Part shown: positions 25,639 to 41,004 of the stretch, piece by piece | Layout of the letters: each line of letters opens with the position of its first letter | How positions within the stretch are numbered: position 1 is the stretch's first letter | Assembly (NCBI GenBank): GCA_964016885.1 | Contig: OZ024766.1 | Coordinates: 15,996,001-16,060,000 of the forward strand | DNA from: Eledone cirrhosa | Taxonomy: Eukaryota | Reading direction: 5' to 3' | Length of the DNA: 64,000 nucleotides | Notes under the pieces: model-generated | The model's database searches: none | What the model saw: only the letters and a program-made list of their open reading frames with translations | What the model was told of the DNA's origin: nothing | Program-made: the position numbers and the translations under genes

Positions 25639-27252
25639 ATGGAAAATATATTGAGTGAAAAGAAGATTAAATGTGAAACAATGTCTAAAGATATGGCTAT
25701 TACAGAAGAGATGTCAAAGGATAGAGGAGAGAAGCCATATCACTGTGATGTCTGTGGTAAATCATTCTCTGTTAGGAGTAAATTAACTAGTCACAAACGT
25801 ACCCATACAGGAGAGAAGCCATATAACTGTGATATCTGTGATAAATCATTCTCTGAAAGTGGTACCTTAACTATACACAAACGTATACATACAGTAGAGA
25901 AGTCATATCACTGTGATATCTGTGGTAAATCATTCTTTGTTAATGGTAATTTAACAAGACACAAACGTACACATACAGGAGAGAAGCCATACCACTGTGA
26001 TATCTGTGGTAAATCATTCTCTCGAAGTAGTCACTTAACTGGCCACAAACGGACACATACGGGTGAGAAGCCATATCGCTGTTTTATCTGTGGTAAATCA
26101 TTCTCTCTAAGTAGTATATTAACTTTTCACGTACGTACCCATACAGGTGACAAACCATATCACTGTGATATCTGTGGTAAATCATTCTCTCGAAATAATA
26201 TATTAACTTGTCACATACGTACCCATACAGGAGACAAGCCATATCACTGTGATATCTGTGGTAAATCATTCTCTCGAAGTAGTAAATTAACTAACCACAT
26301 GCATATACATATAGGTGAGAAACCATATCGCTGTGATATTTGTGGTAAATCATTCTCTCGAAATAATACATTAACTTGTCACATACGTACCCATACAGGA
26401 GACAAGCCATATCACTGTGATATCTGTGGTAAATCATTCTCTCTAAGTAGTATATTAACTTTTCACGTATGTACCCATACAGGTGACAAACCATATCACT
26501 GTGATATCTGTGGTAAATCATTCTCTCGAAATAATATATTAACTTGTCACATACGTACCCATACAGGAGACAAGCCATATCACTGTGATATCTGTGGTAA
26601 ATCATTCTCTCAAAGTGGTCACTTAACTAGCCACAAACGTACCCATACAGTAGAGAAACCATATCGCTGTGATATCTGTGGTAAATCATTCTTTGTTAAT
26701 AGTAAATTAACTAGACACAAACGTGTACATACAGTAGACAAGCCATATCACTATGATATCTGTGGTAAATCATTCTCTGATAGTGGTAGCTTAACTAGCC
26801 ACAAACGTATACATATAAGAGAGAAGCCATATCACTGTGATATCTGTGGTAAATCATTCTCTCAAAGTCCTGGCTTAACTAGGCACAAACGTATACATAC
26901 AGGAGACAAGCCATATCACTGTGATATCTGTGGTAAATCATTCTCTCAAAGTCCTGGCTTAACTAGGCACAAACGTATACATACAGGAGAGAAGCCATAT
27001 CACTGTGATATCTGTGGTAAATCATTCTCTGAAAGTGGTAACTTAACTAGCCACAAACGTATACATACAGGAGAGAAGCCATATCACTGTGATATCTGTG
27101 GTAAATCATTCTCTGAAAGTGGTAACTTAACTAGCCACAAACGTATACATACAGGTGAGAAGCCACATCACTGTGATATCTGTGGTAAATCATTCTCTCA
27201 ATTAAGTAGTTTAACTAGACACAGATATACCCATACAGGTAAGAAACCATAA
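25639..27252 (+). CDS. Poly-C2H2 zinc-finger protein, paralogue 3 (537 aa, 18 fingers; finger 13 has Cys->Tyr)
   Basis: Intact ORF with the same leader; YHYDICGK in finger 13. Confidence 0.93.
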   Translation: MENILSEKKIKCETMSKDMAITEEMSKDRGEKPYHCDVCGKSFSVRSKLTSHKRTHTGEKPYNCDICDKSFSESGTLTIHKRIHTVEKSYHCDICGKSFFVNGNLTRHKRTHTGEKPYHCDICGKSFSRSSHLTGHKRTHTGEKPYRCFICGKSFSLSSILTFHVRTHTGDKPYHCDICGKSFSRNNILTCHIRTHTGDKPYHCDICGKSFSRSSKLTNHMHIHIGEKPYRCDICGKSFSRNNTLTCHIRTHTGDKPYHCDICGKSFSLSSILTFHVCTHTGDKPYHCDICGKSFSRNNILTCHIRTHTGDKPYHCDICGKSFSQSGHLTSHKRTHTVEKPYRCDICGKSFFVNSKLTRHKRVHTVDKPYHYDICGKSFSDSGSLTSHKRIHIREKPYHCDICGKSFSQSPGLTRHKRIHTGDKPYHCDICGKSFSQSPGLTRHKRIHTGEKPYHCDICGKSFSESGNLTSHKRIHTGEKPYHCDICGKSFSESGNLTSHKRIHTGEKPHHCDICGKSFSQLSSLTRHRYTHTGKKP

Positions 27253-28282
27253 CAAAGTCATATCTCATTGTCTCAAAATTGTAAATAAATTATACACAAA
27301 TACATTCATATGAGTGAGAAGCCATACCACTCTGATATTGTGGAGAAATTATTCTCTTGTATTGCTACATTAACTACATACAAACATAAATATATACTGG
27401 AGAAAAGCCATTTTACTGTGATATCTGGGGGAAATTGTTATCTATAAAAGCTAGCTTAACTAGACAGAAACATATACATACAGGAGAGAAACCATATCAC
27501 TGTGATATCTGTGGGAAATCATTCTCTGAAATAAGTCACTTCACTCAGCATTAACAATTACAGAAAAGGGACCATATCACTGTGATATCTGCAGTAAATC
27601 ATTCTCTAAATATTGTGGCTTCACTACACACTAACATATACAGGAGAGGAACCATATCACTGATATCTGCAGTAAATCATTCTCTAAATGTGGCTTCACT
27701 AGACACTAACATATACAGGAGAGGAACTATATCACTGTGATGTCTGTGGTAAATCCTTCTCTAAATTTTGAGGCTTCCCTACACACTAACATATACAGGA
27801 GAGGAACCATATCACTGTGTTGTCTGTGGTAAATCATTTTCTAAATGTTGTGGTACCAACATAAGGTTACTTAATGTAACAGAAACACAATCAGACAAGA
27901 TAAAAACGATATCACTCACCCAAAATAGTGCCACCAATGTTGTTAATGTTTTGAATAAAACTTGTTTGTTCTGAAATTATTCTCCTTTCATTTTATTAGT
28001 AGAAGTTGTAACCAAGACTTATGCTGACAAATCTGTATGGTACAGAATTTACAAACACTGTATATTTTTGTGCCAAAACATCTATGATCTCGGTTTACAG
28101 CTGATGAAGGGTTTATTTTCTCCTTTTATCCATATTACCATCTTAAACTTTGTTTACAGTAACCACACAGATCCTTTCGTTTCTTATAATTTTATATATA
28201 TATGACAAAGGAAGGGTGGTAAAGAACCAGATGGACCATATACGCACCAGAGTACTCAATACTTAGGGTAGTAGAGCGGGTA

Positions 28283-28405
28283 ATAGGAAAATGTTTAACC
28301 CCGACGGCAGAACTCAATCCGTTTCGACGGCTATTTCTGGAAACAGTCCAGAAATAACCGTCGAAATGGCTTGAGCTCTGCCGTCGGTGTTAAACATTTT
28401 CCTAT
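28283..28405. repeat. Palindrome A, copy 3
   Basis: Same inverted repeat as 1875-1997. Confidence 0.9.
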
Positions 28406-28737
28406 ATATATATATATATATATATATGTATGAGTGTATATGTCAGTGTGTAGAAGTTTCTGTCCATGAAAATGATTATCTTTATTTGTGTATATGTGTG
28501 TGTGTGTATATGTATGTGTATGTTTATATGTGTTCTTATATACATGTGTGCACATCTTGATATATTTTCAGTGTCTGTTCTAGTTCTCAGAGTACAAATC
28601 CTACTGAGGTAAAGTTGCTTCGATATTTTGAGGCCAATAAATGAAATACCAGTGAAATACTGGGGTGGTTAATTCCTCTTCTTTGTCATTGTCTGTTTGT
28701 CTACTCTTCTCTTTCTCTGTATATATATATATATATA

Positions 28738-28927
28738 TCCAAAATTTAGATAAATAAAATTAATCTATATCAAATTATGGGTGTCATGCCAGAAAGACAT
28801 GCGCCATATCACTCGTAAAATAAGCCCCATGGAGCTTATTTTATTAGTGATATGGCACCTGTCTTATTGGCATGACACCCATGATTCGATTCAGATTAAT
28901 TTTATTTTAATTTATCTTAATTTTGGA
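28738..28927. repeat. Palindrome B, copy 3
   Basis: Same inverted repeat as 2313-2502, with more mismatches. Confidence 0.85.
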
Positions 28928-29749
28928 AATATATATATAAATACGGCCTCTTAATTGTAGAGCTAACTCTGTTGAAAGAACCTGACTGCTGTTTCTAGTT
29001 GTCAATAACCCTATTCACGCCACTGGGACGAAGCTGGTATGATGTGTTTATTTTTAGTAAATACAGCACGTGTTACTGGTCAGTCGCTGATTTGAACTTG
29101 ATGCGTAAACACAGATGGTTGGACTTCTTCCTGGTTGAGAATCCAAGATCTGGCTACTGTCGTTTACCAATCGATTAATTGGTGAAATATATTTCTTTAA
29201 TGGAATATATACAAGGAAGATTAATCATTTTCTAAGGTATCTATTTTTGAAGTTCTAGTTAAACTTTATTTAGTTACCTACCTAGCTATGTGTGCTTACA
29301 CACTTTTACAAATTATCCCCTGTGATTGTTTCATATGTTTATTTATATGTCAATCAATTTCTAGCTGATATATATATATATATATATATATACGTGGAAA
29401 AGTAAAATATAGCAGAACAGACCGTTAAAAGATGTTTATTTAAAATAGCACCTATGTAATGAAGACATGACAAATTGTCCTCGCGCTCTCTCTATATTTA
29501 TAGAAAAGGTGAAGTTGGAAATAGCACGGAAAATATATTTTAAGGGTCTGTTTTTCTGTTATTTATCTTTTGATTCGTCAAAGTGACATTATTGAAAAAA
29601 TGGGAGGGACATCATCATTCATCATCATTTCATTTCACGTCCGCATTTTCCCTGCTTGCAAGGGTGGGACAGGAACTGATTGTTGCTTGATTTCTACAGA
29701 TGGATGCCCTTCCTAACGCCAACCTCATTTACAGAGAGTGCTGGGTGTT

Positions 29750-30900
29750 GTCATGTTGAATATTTTTCATGATGTTGTGGTAGGCATATTTCTGGTCATC
29801 CACCAGTCAAGGTTTATTTTCATCCACAAACTTACGCAACACTTCAATATCATGGTTTGTCTCCTGAAAAACTGATTGTATTACCTCAATTTCTTCTGGC
29901 TCTGGCATCCTGCATTGCTGTAATTCAATGGGACAGGTTGCACAGAGCTTGATTGTAAATCTTGGAGGTAGATTCCACATAAATATTGCTATAACGTCTT
30001 TGGGCTACGTGTAGATAGTCGTCTGACATATTGTTTTTGTGCTCCTGCCAGGGACGATGAGATTTATTCCACATGCTGTGAGTATAGTAGCAAACAACTG
30101 TCTTAGTTAACTGGCTACTCCAGTGACTGCTCCTTCTAGTCCCTTCTTCCAATGTCAGTTGTCATACAGGTGTCCATGGCTGTCTTATTTAACTGGCTAC
30201 TCCAGTGACTGCTCCTTTTAGTCCCTTCTTCCAATGTCAGTTGCAATACAGGAGTCCATGGCTGTCTTATTTAACTGGCTACTCCAGTGACTGCTCCTTC
30301 TAGTCTCTTCTTCCAATGTCAATTGTCATACAGGAGTCCATGGCTGTCTTATTTAACTGGCTACTCCAGTGACTGCTCCTTCTAGTCTCTTCTTCCAATC
30401 TCAGTTGTCATACAGAAGTCCATGGCTGTCTTATTTAACTGGCTACTCCAGTGACTGCTCCTTCTAGTCTCTTCTTCCAATATCAATTGCCATGCAGAAT
30501 TTGATGTTCTTTAGATGCTTCTTGTTATTTGCTGCACTCTGCCACCAAATCACCTGAGATCCTCAAATGATGTTGGTCCTTGAACAATATGCAGAAGTGG
30601 CTGTAAATAAAAACTCTCTCTGTTGTTGGGGTGGTCATTGTAAACATGCCCAATAGCATCACTTGTCTTGACTTCATCACCTTCCACTAAATGACCCTGC
30701 TTCCTTTGATTCCAAGTCTTACAATTGGTCCAGGTGTAGTATTTTGGGATGTCAGCATATAGGAGGGATCGAACAAATTCTTTATTCTGGCAGTGTTTCA
30801 AAAAAGCAGTTAGAGTAGTGTCAGGTGGTGCTGGTGTCAACTGATGAGCAGTGGTTTCAGTGAAGTACACACTCTGTCCATTTTCTATATGTATAGAGAT
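29750..30900 (-). mobile_element. Helitron RepHel fragment copy 3
   Basis: ORF 30550-30915 and the downstream WQEHKNNMSDDYLH piece. Confidence 0.85.
30098..30485. repeat. 82-bp satellite array 3 (~5 monomers)
   Basis: Same monomer, inside the Helitron fragment. Confidence 0.95.
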
Positions 30901-33900
30901 AAGGATGAAAAGCAAAGTTAATCCCTCAGAGGTTAGCTTTGCCTTTCATCCCTACGGGGTCGGTAAAATAAAGTACCAGTAATGTACTGGGGTATTGCTG
31001 GCCTTGTGCCTAATGTAGAAACAATTATTACAGGGTCGATAAAATATAGTACCAGTAATGCACTGGCGTATTTACTGGCCTTGTGCCTAAAGTAGAAACA
31101 ATTATTACGGGGTCGATAAAATAATGTACCAGTAATACACTAGGGTAATTGCTGGCCTTGTGCCAAAAGTAGAAACAATTATCACATTTCTTTTTAATAA
31201 ATCACATCACTATAGAATTAAATACGACTGGAACTGTGTGTCAAGGTATTAAATTATGTCAGGGACTTTTAACGTTTGACACCGGTACGAGAGTTGAAAC
31301 ATTCGCTAAGACACCGAGTACTTGCTGTCTTCATTATAACTTTAATTAATCTAATTATATCTTGTGTAACAATTATATATATATACACACACACAATTTT
31401 AATTCCTCGACATCAGTCTTACACTGTCATATATATTCTTACTTTACAATTGTGTCTACTAAGAGTTCCATTACAATCTGTAGTAGTAAAACTACTATTT
31501 CACCAGAATATCTGCTATCAGTCATTTATAGACAATATATATATTTTAGACCACATATCCACCTAATATATATATATTTCCTATCAAATCTGTAGCTAAA
31601 GACATAAAGTCAGCCTCACTACTTCATTCTGACAAGATATCAATTTATGACTAAAGATGAAGAAGATACACCAACGTTAATGTCGTGAAATAAAGCTGAT
31701 CACATTGAAACTTCTAATTTGATAACAAAGAGATTATTTCTTTGGTTGTTTAGTAACAACTAACAACACAATACATTAATTATATGCGAAGGAGGTAAGT
31801 TGACAAAGATTTACTTAATGTCTATATTAATGTGTGTAAATAATATAATTATGTGACCCCTACAACGCACCAGTAATTAACCAGATTCCACTGTTCCATG
31901 TGATATAAAATATATTGTTATGACTGTCTTTATTATTTAAATTACCTCCGTCTATTTAATTATCTAGTTCACTACCTTACATTATAAAATATAGTTTATA
32001 TTTAGCTGTACCTTGTTATTGTTTTAAGTAAATTAAATTTATATTTATTATTTAAATTACCCCGTCAATTTAATTATCTTGTTCACTACCTTACATTATA
32101 AAATATAGTTTATATTTAGCTGTACCTTGTTATTGTTTTAAGTAAATTAAAGCTATATTTATTATTTAAATTACCCCCGTCAATTTAATTATATGGTTCA
32201 CTACCTTACATTATAAAATATAGTTTATATTTAGCTGTACCTTGTCATTGCTTTAAGTAAATTAAAGATATATTTATTATTTAAATTACCTCCGTCTATT
32301 TAATTATGTGGTTCACTACCTTACATTATAAAATATAGTTTATATTTAGCTGTACCTTGTTATTGCTTTAAGTAAATTAATATTTTGTCTGTTTTAGTCT
32401 AAATCTCTTACAATTTAATTAACTTCATCTACTTATGGTTGAACATTACTTTATTGTGGGTTTCATTTTATTATAATTATGTCTGATTAGCCAGCCAAGT
32501 AGGGGTTGAGTATCTGTATTTCAGGGAACTGCTTTGATGGTGAAGGGACATCTGTTGGTGTGGGATCTCGGTGGCTGTACATAATAAGGTTCTAATACTC
32601 TAAAGAGCTAGCTGAATAACCGTCTGATACATGTCTTGTATAGAGGATCATAAAGCCATGTATAGAAGAGCAGTCAGCAATGTCAGGATTAACATTCATT
32701 ATAGTGAAGTGGCAGTATCGGTAGAGAGTCGGACACCATGCTTTGAGGCACAGAGTTACGTCCCTTTATGATCTGAGTTCAAATCCCGCCGAGGTTAACT
32801 TTGCCTTACATCCATACGGGGTCGATAAAGTAAAGTACCAGTAATGTACTGGGTAATTGCTGGCCTTGTGTTTAAAATAGAAACAATTATAGTGAATAAT
32901 TTGGAGTGTAGTCTGGTGTCCACCAGGGCTCTGTTCTTAGCCCTCACTTAGTTATTATCGTCCTGCAGCCTATAACAGAGATGTTTAAGACTGGCTGCCC
33001 ATGGGAACTCCTGTATGCTCAGCAGGTCCTGAAGAATGCGGTCATGTGCATTTTCCAGGTCTATAAAACGATAATATATACCTCTTAGCAATACTCCCAC
33101 GATTTCTCAAAGACCTGCCACAGTGTGATTATTTGGTGGGTTATGTTGCACCCAGGGAGCAAACAGCACTGTCCATCAGCTAGCTTGGACTCGCTACATC
33201 ACTTTGCCAGAAACTTTGCATATACTTTACCAGGGAGTCATAGCAAGGTGATCCCTCTCTATTTGGAACAATCTCTCGTGTGTCCCTTTTTATAAATTGG
33301 GATTATCACTCCCGATTGCCTTTGCTTGAGTGCCATTTCAGAGACCCAGGCCATCTGACACACATGAGTCGGTCACATTTGAGCTCTTTAATTGCTCTTG
33401 TGACCTCAGCCTCCGAGAGATTAGTCACTGCTATCAGATTCACCTTATGTACATCCGAAGATGCTGTTGTGATCGGGTTTGGGAGATCAGCAAATTATCT
33501 CTCCACCTCATGAGGATCCATCTCTCTGAAGAGAAGAGAACCCAAGATGCACTCATGGTTGCAGGTGTGGAGAAAGATATCTTGTAACTAATTAAAAACT
33601 AAAATAATTTGATTTTTCAATAAAAAGTTTCCAGGGTTTATAGATGTAAAATTTCCACTGTTAAATCTATCTCTGCTTCTTAAGTATTCTCTATTATCTC
33701 ATACTGTTTCTTTTTCATTTCAGAATATCAGATGACATTGGGATAAATTATTTTTTTCAATCTTGGATACATCACCTCTATTTATCATCATTTGAAGATT
33801 AAAACTTTTTAAACAGAACTTATATAACACTGTTTATATAAATCAATCAGAATTACTGTGATATATTTCCTCAGAACTGAGTTTAAAGACAAAATTCCTT

Positions 33901-34063
33901 TTCTTCACTGTGTGGTATATATATATGAGAGATATATTTTGTATTTTAACTCAGCTTCAATGACAAAGAAGTTTGCATCATCTTCAGGTATTAACTGAGA
34001 TCATAATTGAGGGAAATATAACAAAAATAATATTTTTTAGGAATATAATATAAAAAATATTAA

Positions 34064-35467
<1,404 letters not shown>

Positions 35468-36265
35468 CAAAGTCATATCTCATTGTCTCAAAATTGTAAA
35501 TTAATTAGACACAAATACATTCATATGAGTGAGAAGCCATACCACTGTGATATTGCAGAGAAATTATTCTCTTGTATTGCTACATTAACTACATACAAAC
35601 ATAAATATATACTGGAGAAAAGCCATATTACTGTGATATCTGTGGAAATTGTTATCTATAAAAGCTAGCTTAACTAGACACAAACATATATATACAGGAG
35701 AGAAACTATATCACTGTGATATCTGTGGGAAATCATTCTCTGAAATAAGTCACTTCACTCAGCACTAACATTTACAGAAAAGGAACTATATCACTGTGAT
35801 GTCTGTGGTAAATCATTTTCTAAATGTTCTGGTACCAACATAAGGTTACTTAATGTAACACAAACACAATCAGACAAGATAAAAACCATGTCACTCACCC
35901 AAAATAGTGCCACCAATGTTGTTAATGTTTTCAATAAAACTTGTTTGTTCTGAAATTATTCTCCTTTCATTTTATTTGTAGAAGTTGTAACCAAGACTTA
36001 TGCTGACAAATCTATATGGTACAGAATTTACAAACACTGTATATATATATATGTGCCAAAACATCTATGATCTCGGTTTACAGCTGATGAAGGGTTTCTT
36101 CTGTCCTTTCATCCATATTACCATCTTAAACTTTGTTTACAGTAACCACACAGCTCCTTTCGTTTCTTATAATTTTATATATATATGACAAAGGAGGTGT
36201 GGTAAAGAACCAGATGGACCATATACGCACCAGAGTACTCAATACTTAGGGTAGTAGAGCGGGTA

Positions 36266-36383
36266 ATAGGAAAATTTTTAACCCCGACGGCAGAGCTCAA
36301 TCCGTTTCGACGGCTATTTCTGGAAACGGTCCAGAAATAACCGTCGAAATGGTTTGAGCTCTGCCGTCGGGGTTAAACATTTT

Positions 36384-36388
<5 letters not shown>
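36266..36388. repeat. Palindrome A, copy 4
   Basis: Same inverted repeat as 1875-1997. Confidence 0.9.
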
Positions 36389-36421
<33 letters not shown>

Positions 36422-36720
36422 AGTGTATATGTCAGTGTGTAGAAGTTTCTGTCCATGAAAATGATTATCTGTATTTGTGTATATGTGTGTGTGTATATAT
36501 GTATGTGTATGTTTATATGTGTTCTTATATACATGTGTGCACATCTTGATATATTTTCAGTGTCTGTTCTAGTTCTCAGAGTACAAATCCTACTGAGGTA
36601 AATTTGCTTCGATATTTTGAGGCCAATAAATGAAATACCAGTGAAATACTGGGGTGGTTAATTCCTCTTCTTTGTCATTGTCTGTCTACTCTTCTCTTTC
36701 TCTGTATTTATATATATATA

Positions 36721-36916
36721 TCCAAAATTAAGATAAATTAAAATAAAATTAATGTAAATCAAATTATGGGAGTCATGCCAGAAAGACATGTGACATATCA
36801 CCCGTAAAATAAGCTCCATGGAGCTTATTTTACAGCTGATATGGCGCATGTCTTTCTGGCATGCCACCCATAATTTGATATAGATTAATTTTATTTTAAT
36901 TTATCTTAATTTTGGA
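36721..36916. repeat. Palindrome B, copy 4
   Basis: Same inverted repeat as 2313-2502. Confidence 0.88.
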
Positions 36917-37371
36917 TATATATATATATAAATAGGGCCTCTTAATTGTAGAGATAACTCTGTTGAAAGGACCTGACTGCTGTTTCTAGTTGTCAATAAC
37001 CCAATTCACGCCACTGGGACGAAGCTGGTATGATGTGTGTATATTTAGTAGATACAGCACGTGTTACTGGTCAGTCGCTGATTTGAACTTGATGCGTAAA
37101 CACAGATGGTTGGACTTCTTCCTTGTTGAGAATCCAAGATCTGGCTACTGTCGTTTACCAATCGATTAATTGGTGAAATATATTTCTTTAATGGAATATA
37201 TACAAGGAAGATTAATCGTTTTCTAAGGTATCTATTTTTGAAGTTCTAGTTAAACTTTATTTAGTTACCTACCTAGCTATGTGTGCTTACACACTTTTAC
37301 AAATTATCCCCTGTGATTGTTTCATATGTTTATTTATATGTCAATCAATTTCTAGTTGATATATATATATA

Positions 37372-37596
37372 TCCATGGCTGTCTTATTTAACTGACTACT
37401 CCAGTGACTGCTCCTTCTAATCCCTTCTTCCAATGTCAGTTGTCATACAGGTGTCCATGGCTGTCTTATATAACTAGCTACTCCAGTGACTACTCCTAGT
37501 CTCTTCCAATGTCAGTTGTCATACAGGTGTCCATGGCTGTCTTATTTAACTGGCTACTCCAGTGACTGCCCCTTCTTGTCTCTTCTTCCAATGTCA
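37372..37596. repeat. 82-bp satellite array 4 (~3 monomers)
   Basis: Same monomer, fused directly to a (TA)n run. Confidence 0.93.
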
Positions 37597-38011
37597 ATTG
37601 CCATGCAGGAGTTGATGTCCTTTAGATGCTTCTTGATATGTGCTGCACCCTTCCACCAAATCACCTGAGATCCTCAAATGACGTTGGTCCTTGAACAATA
37701 TGCAGATGTGACTGTAAATAAAAACTCTCTCTGTTGTTGGGGTGGTCATTGTAAACATGCCCAATAGCATCACTTGCCTTGACTTCATCCCGTTCCACTA
37801 AATGACCCTGCTTCCTTTGATTCCAAGTCTTACAATAGGTCCAGGTGTAGTATTTTGGGATGTCAGCATATAGGAGGGATCGAACAAATTCGTTATTCTG
37901 CCAGAGTTTCAAAAAAGCAGTTAGAGTAGTGTCAGGTGGTGCTGGTGTCAACTGATGAGCAGTGGTTTCAGTGAAGTACACACTCTGTCCATTTTCTATA
38001 TGTATAGAGAT
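37597..38011 (-). mobile_element. Helitron RepHel fragment copy 4 (distal part deleted)
   Basis: ORF 37661-38026 homologous to 5044-5409. Confidence 0.85.
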
Positions 38012-41004
38012 AAGGATGAAAAGCAAAGTTAATCCCTCAGAAGTTAGCTTTGCCTTTCATCCCTACGGGGTCGGTAAAATAACGTACCAGTAATGTACTG
38101 GGGTATTGCTGGCCTTGTGCCTAAAGTAGAAACAATTATTACGGGGTCGATAAAATAAAGTACCAGTAATACACTAGGGTAATTCCTGGCCTTGTGCCAA
38201 AAGTAGAAACAATTATCACATTTCTTTTTAATAAATCACATCACTATAGAATTAAATACGACTGGAACTGTCTCTCAAGGTATTAAATTATGTCAGGGAC
38301 TTTTAACGTTTGACACCGTACGAGAGTTGAAACATTCGCCAAGACACCGAGTACCTGCTGTCTTCGTGATAACTTTAATTAATCTAATTATATCTTGTGT
38401 AACAATTATATATATATACACACACACAATTTTAATTCCCCGACATCAGTCTTACACTGTCGTATCTATTCTTACTTTACAATTGTGTCTACTAAGAGTT
38501 CCATTACAATCTGTAGTAGTAAAACTACTATTTCACCAGAACATCTGCTATCAGTCATTTATAGACAATATATATATTTTAGACCACATATCAACCTAAT
38601 ATATATATATATTTCCTATCAAATCTGTAGCTAAAGACATAAAGTCAGCCTCACTACTTCATTCTGACAAGATATCAATTTATGACTAAAGATGAAGAAG
38701 ATACACCAACGTTAATGTCGTGAAATAAAGCTGATAACATTGAAACTTCTAATTTGATAACAAAGAGATTATTTCTTTGGTTGTTTAGTAACAACTCACG
38801 ACACAATACATTGATTATATGTGAAGGAGGTAAGTTGACAAAGATTTACTTAATGTCTATATTAATGTGTGTAAATAATATAATTATTTGAACCTTACAA
38901 CGATCCAGTAATTAACCAGATTCCACTGTTACATGTGATATAAAATATATTGTTATCATGACTGTGTTTATTATTTAAATTACCTCCGTCTATTTAATTA
39001 TCTTGTTCACTACCTTACATTATAAAATATAGTTTATATTTAGCGATACCTTGTTATTGCTTTAAGTAAGCTAAAGCTATATTTATTATTTAAATTACCT
39101 CCGTCTATTTAATTATGTGGTTCACTACCTTACATTATATAATATAGTTTATATTTAGCTGTACCTTGTTGTTGCTTTAAGTAAGTTAAAGATATTTTTG
39201 TTATCTAAATCTCTTACAATTTAATTAACTTCATCTACTTATGGTTGAACATTACTTTATTGTGGGTTTCATTTCATTATAATTATGTATGATTAGCCAG
39301 CCAAGTAGGGGTTGAGTATCTGTATTTCAGGGAACTGCTTTGATGGTGAAGGGACATCTGTTGGTGTGGGATCTCGGTGGCTGTACGTAATAAGGTTCTA
39401 ATCTCTAAAGAGCTAGCTGAATAACCGTCTGATACATGTCTTGTATACAGGATCATAAAGCCACGTATAGAAGAGCAGTCAGCAATGTCAGGATTAACAT
39501 TCATTATAGTGAAGTGGCAGTATCGGTAGAGAGTCGGACACCATGCTTTGAGGCACAGAGTTACGTCCCTTTATGATCTGAGTTCAAATCCAGCCGAGGT
39601 TAACTTTGCCTTACATCCATACGGGGTTGATAAAATAAAGTACCAGTCATGTACTGGGTAATTGCTGGCCTTGTGTTTAAAATAGAAACAATTATAGTGA
39701 ATAATTTGGGGTGTAGTCTGGTGTCCACCAGGGCTCTGTTCTTAGCCCTCACGTAGTTATTATCGTCCTGCAGCCTATAACAGAGATGTTTAAGACTGGC
39801 TGCCCATGGGAACTCCTGTATGCTCAGCAGGTCCTGAAGAATGCGGTCATGTGCATTTTCCAAGTCTATAAATCGATAATATATACCTCTTAGCAATACT
39901 CCCACGATTTCTCAAAGAGCTGCCACAGTGTGAATATTTGGTGGGTTATGTTGCACCCAGGGAAAAAACAGCACTGTCCATCAGCTAGCTCGGACTCGCT
40001 ACATCACTTTGCCAGAAACTTAGCATAGACTTTACCAGGGAGGCTTAACAAAGAGATCCCTCTCTATTTGGCACAATCTCTCGTGTCTCCCTTTTTATAA
40101 ATTGGGATTATCACTCCCGATTGCATTGCTTGAGTGCCATTTCAGAGACCCAGGCCATCTGACACACGAGTCGGTCATATTTGAGCTCTTTAATTGATCT
40201 TGTGACCTCAGCCTCCGAGAGATTAGTCACCGCTACCAGATTCACCTCATGTACATCCGAAGATGCTGTTGTGATCGGGTTTAGGAGATCAGAACAGTAT
40301 TCTCTCCACCTCATGAGAAGAGAAACTCAGATGCACTCATGGTTGCAGGTGTGGAGGAAGATTTCTTGTAACTAATTAAAAACTAAAATAATTTGATTTT
40401 TCAATAAAAAGTTTGCAGGGTTTATAGATGTAAAATTTCCACTGTTAAATCTATCTCTGCTTCTTAAGTATTCTCTATTATCTCATACTGTTTCTTTTTC
40501 ATTTCAGAATATCAGATGACAATGGGATAAATTATTATTTTCAATCTTGGATACATCACCTCTATTTATCATCATTTGAAGATTAAAACTTTTTAAACAG
40601 AACTTATATAACACTGTTTATATAAATCTATCAGAATTACTGTGAAAATAATTATTTTCAATCTTGGATACATCACCTCTATTTATCATCATTTGAAGAT
40701 TAAAACTTTTTAAACAGAACTTATATAACACTGTTTATATAAATCTATCAGAATTACTGTCATATATTTCCTCAGAACTGAGTTTAAAGACAACATTCCT
40801 TTTCTTCACTGTGTGGTATATATATGAGAGATATATTTTGTATTTTAACTCAACTTCAATGACAAAGAAGTTTGCATCATCTTCAGGTATTAACTGAGAT
40901 CATAATTGAGGGAAATATAACAGAAGAAATATTTTTTAGGAATATAATATAAAAAATATTAAAGAATAACATCTGTAAATTCTGCCAAGGGAAGAAGAAT
41001 TATT

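Noticed and set aside
26084-26605. Antisense ORFs with [10 protein letters not shown] repeats
   Set aside because: These are shadow frames of the finger repeat.
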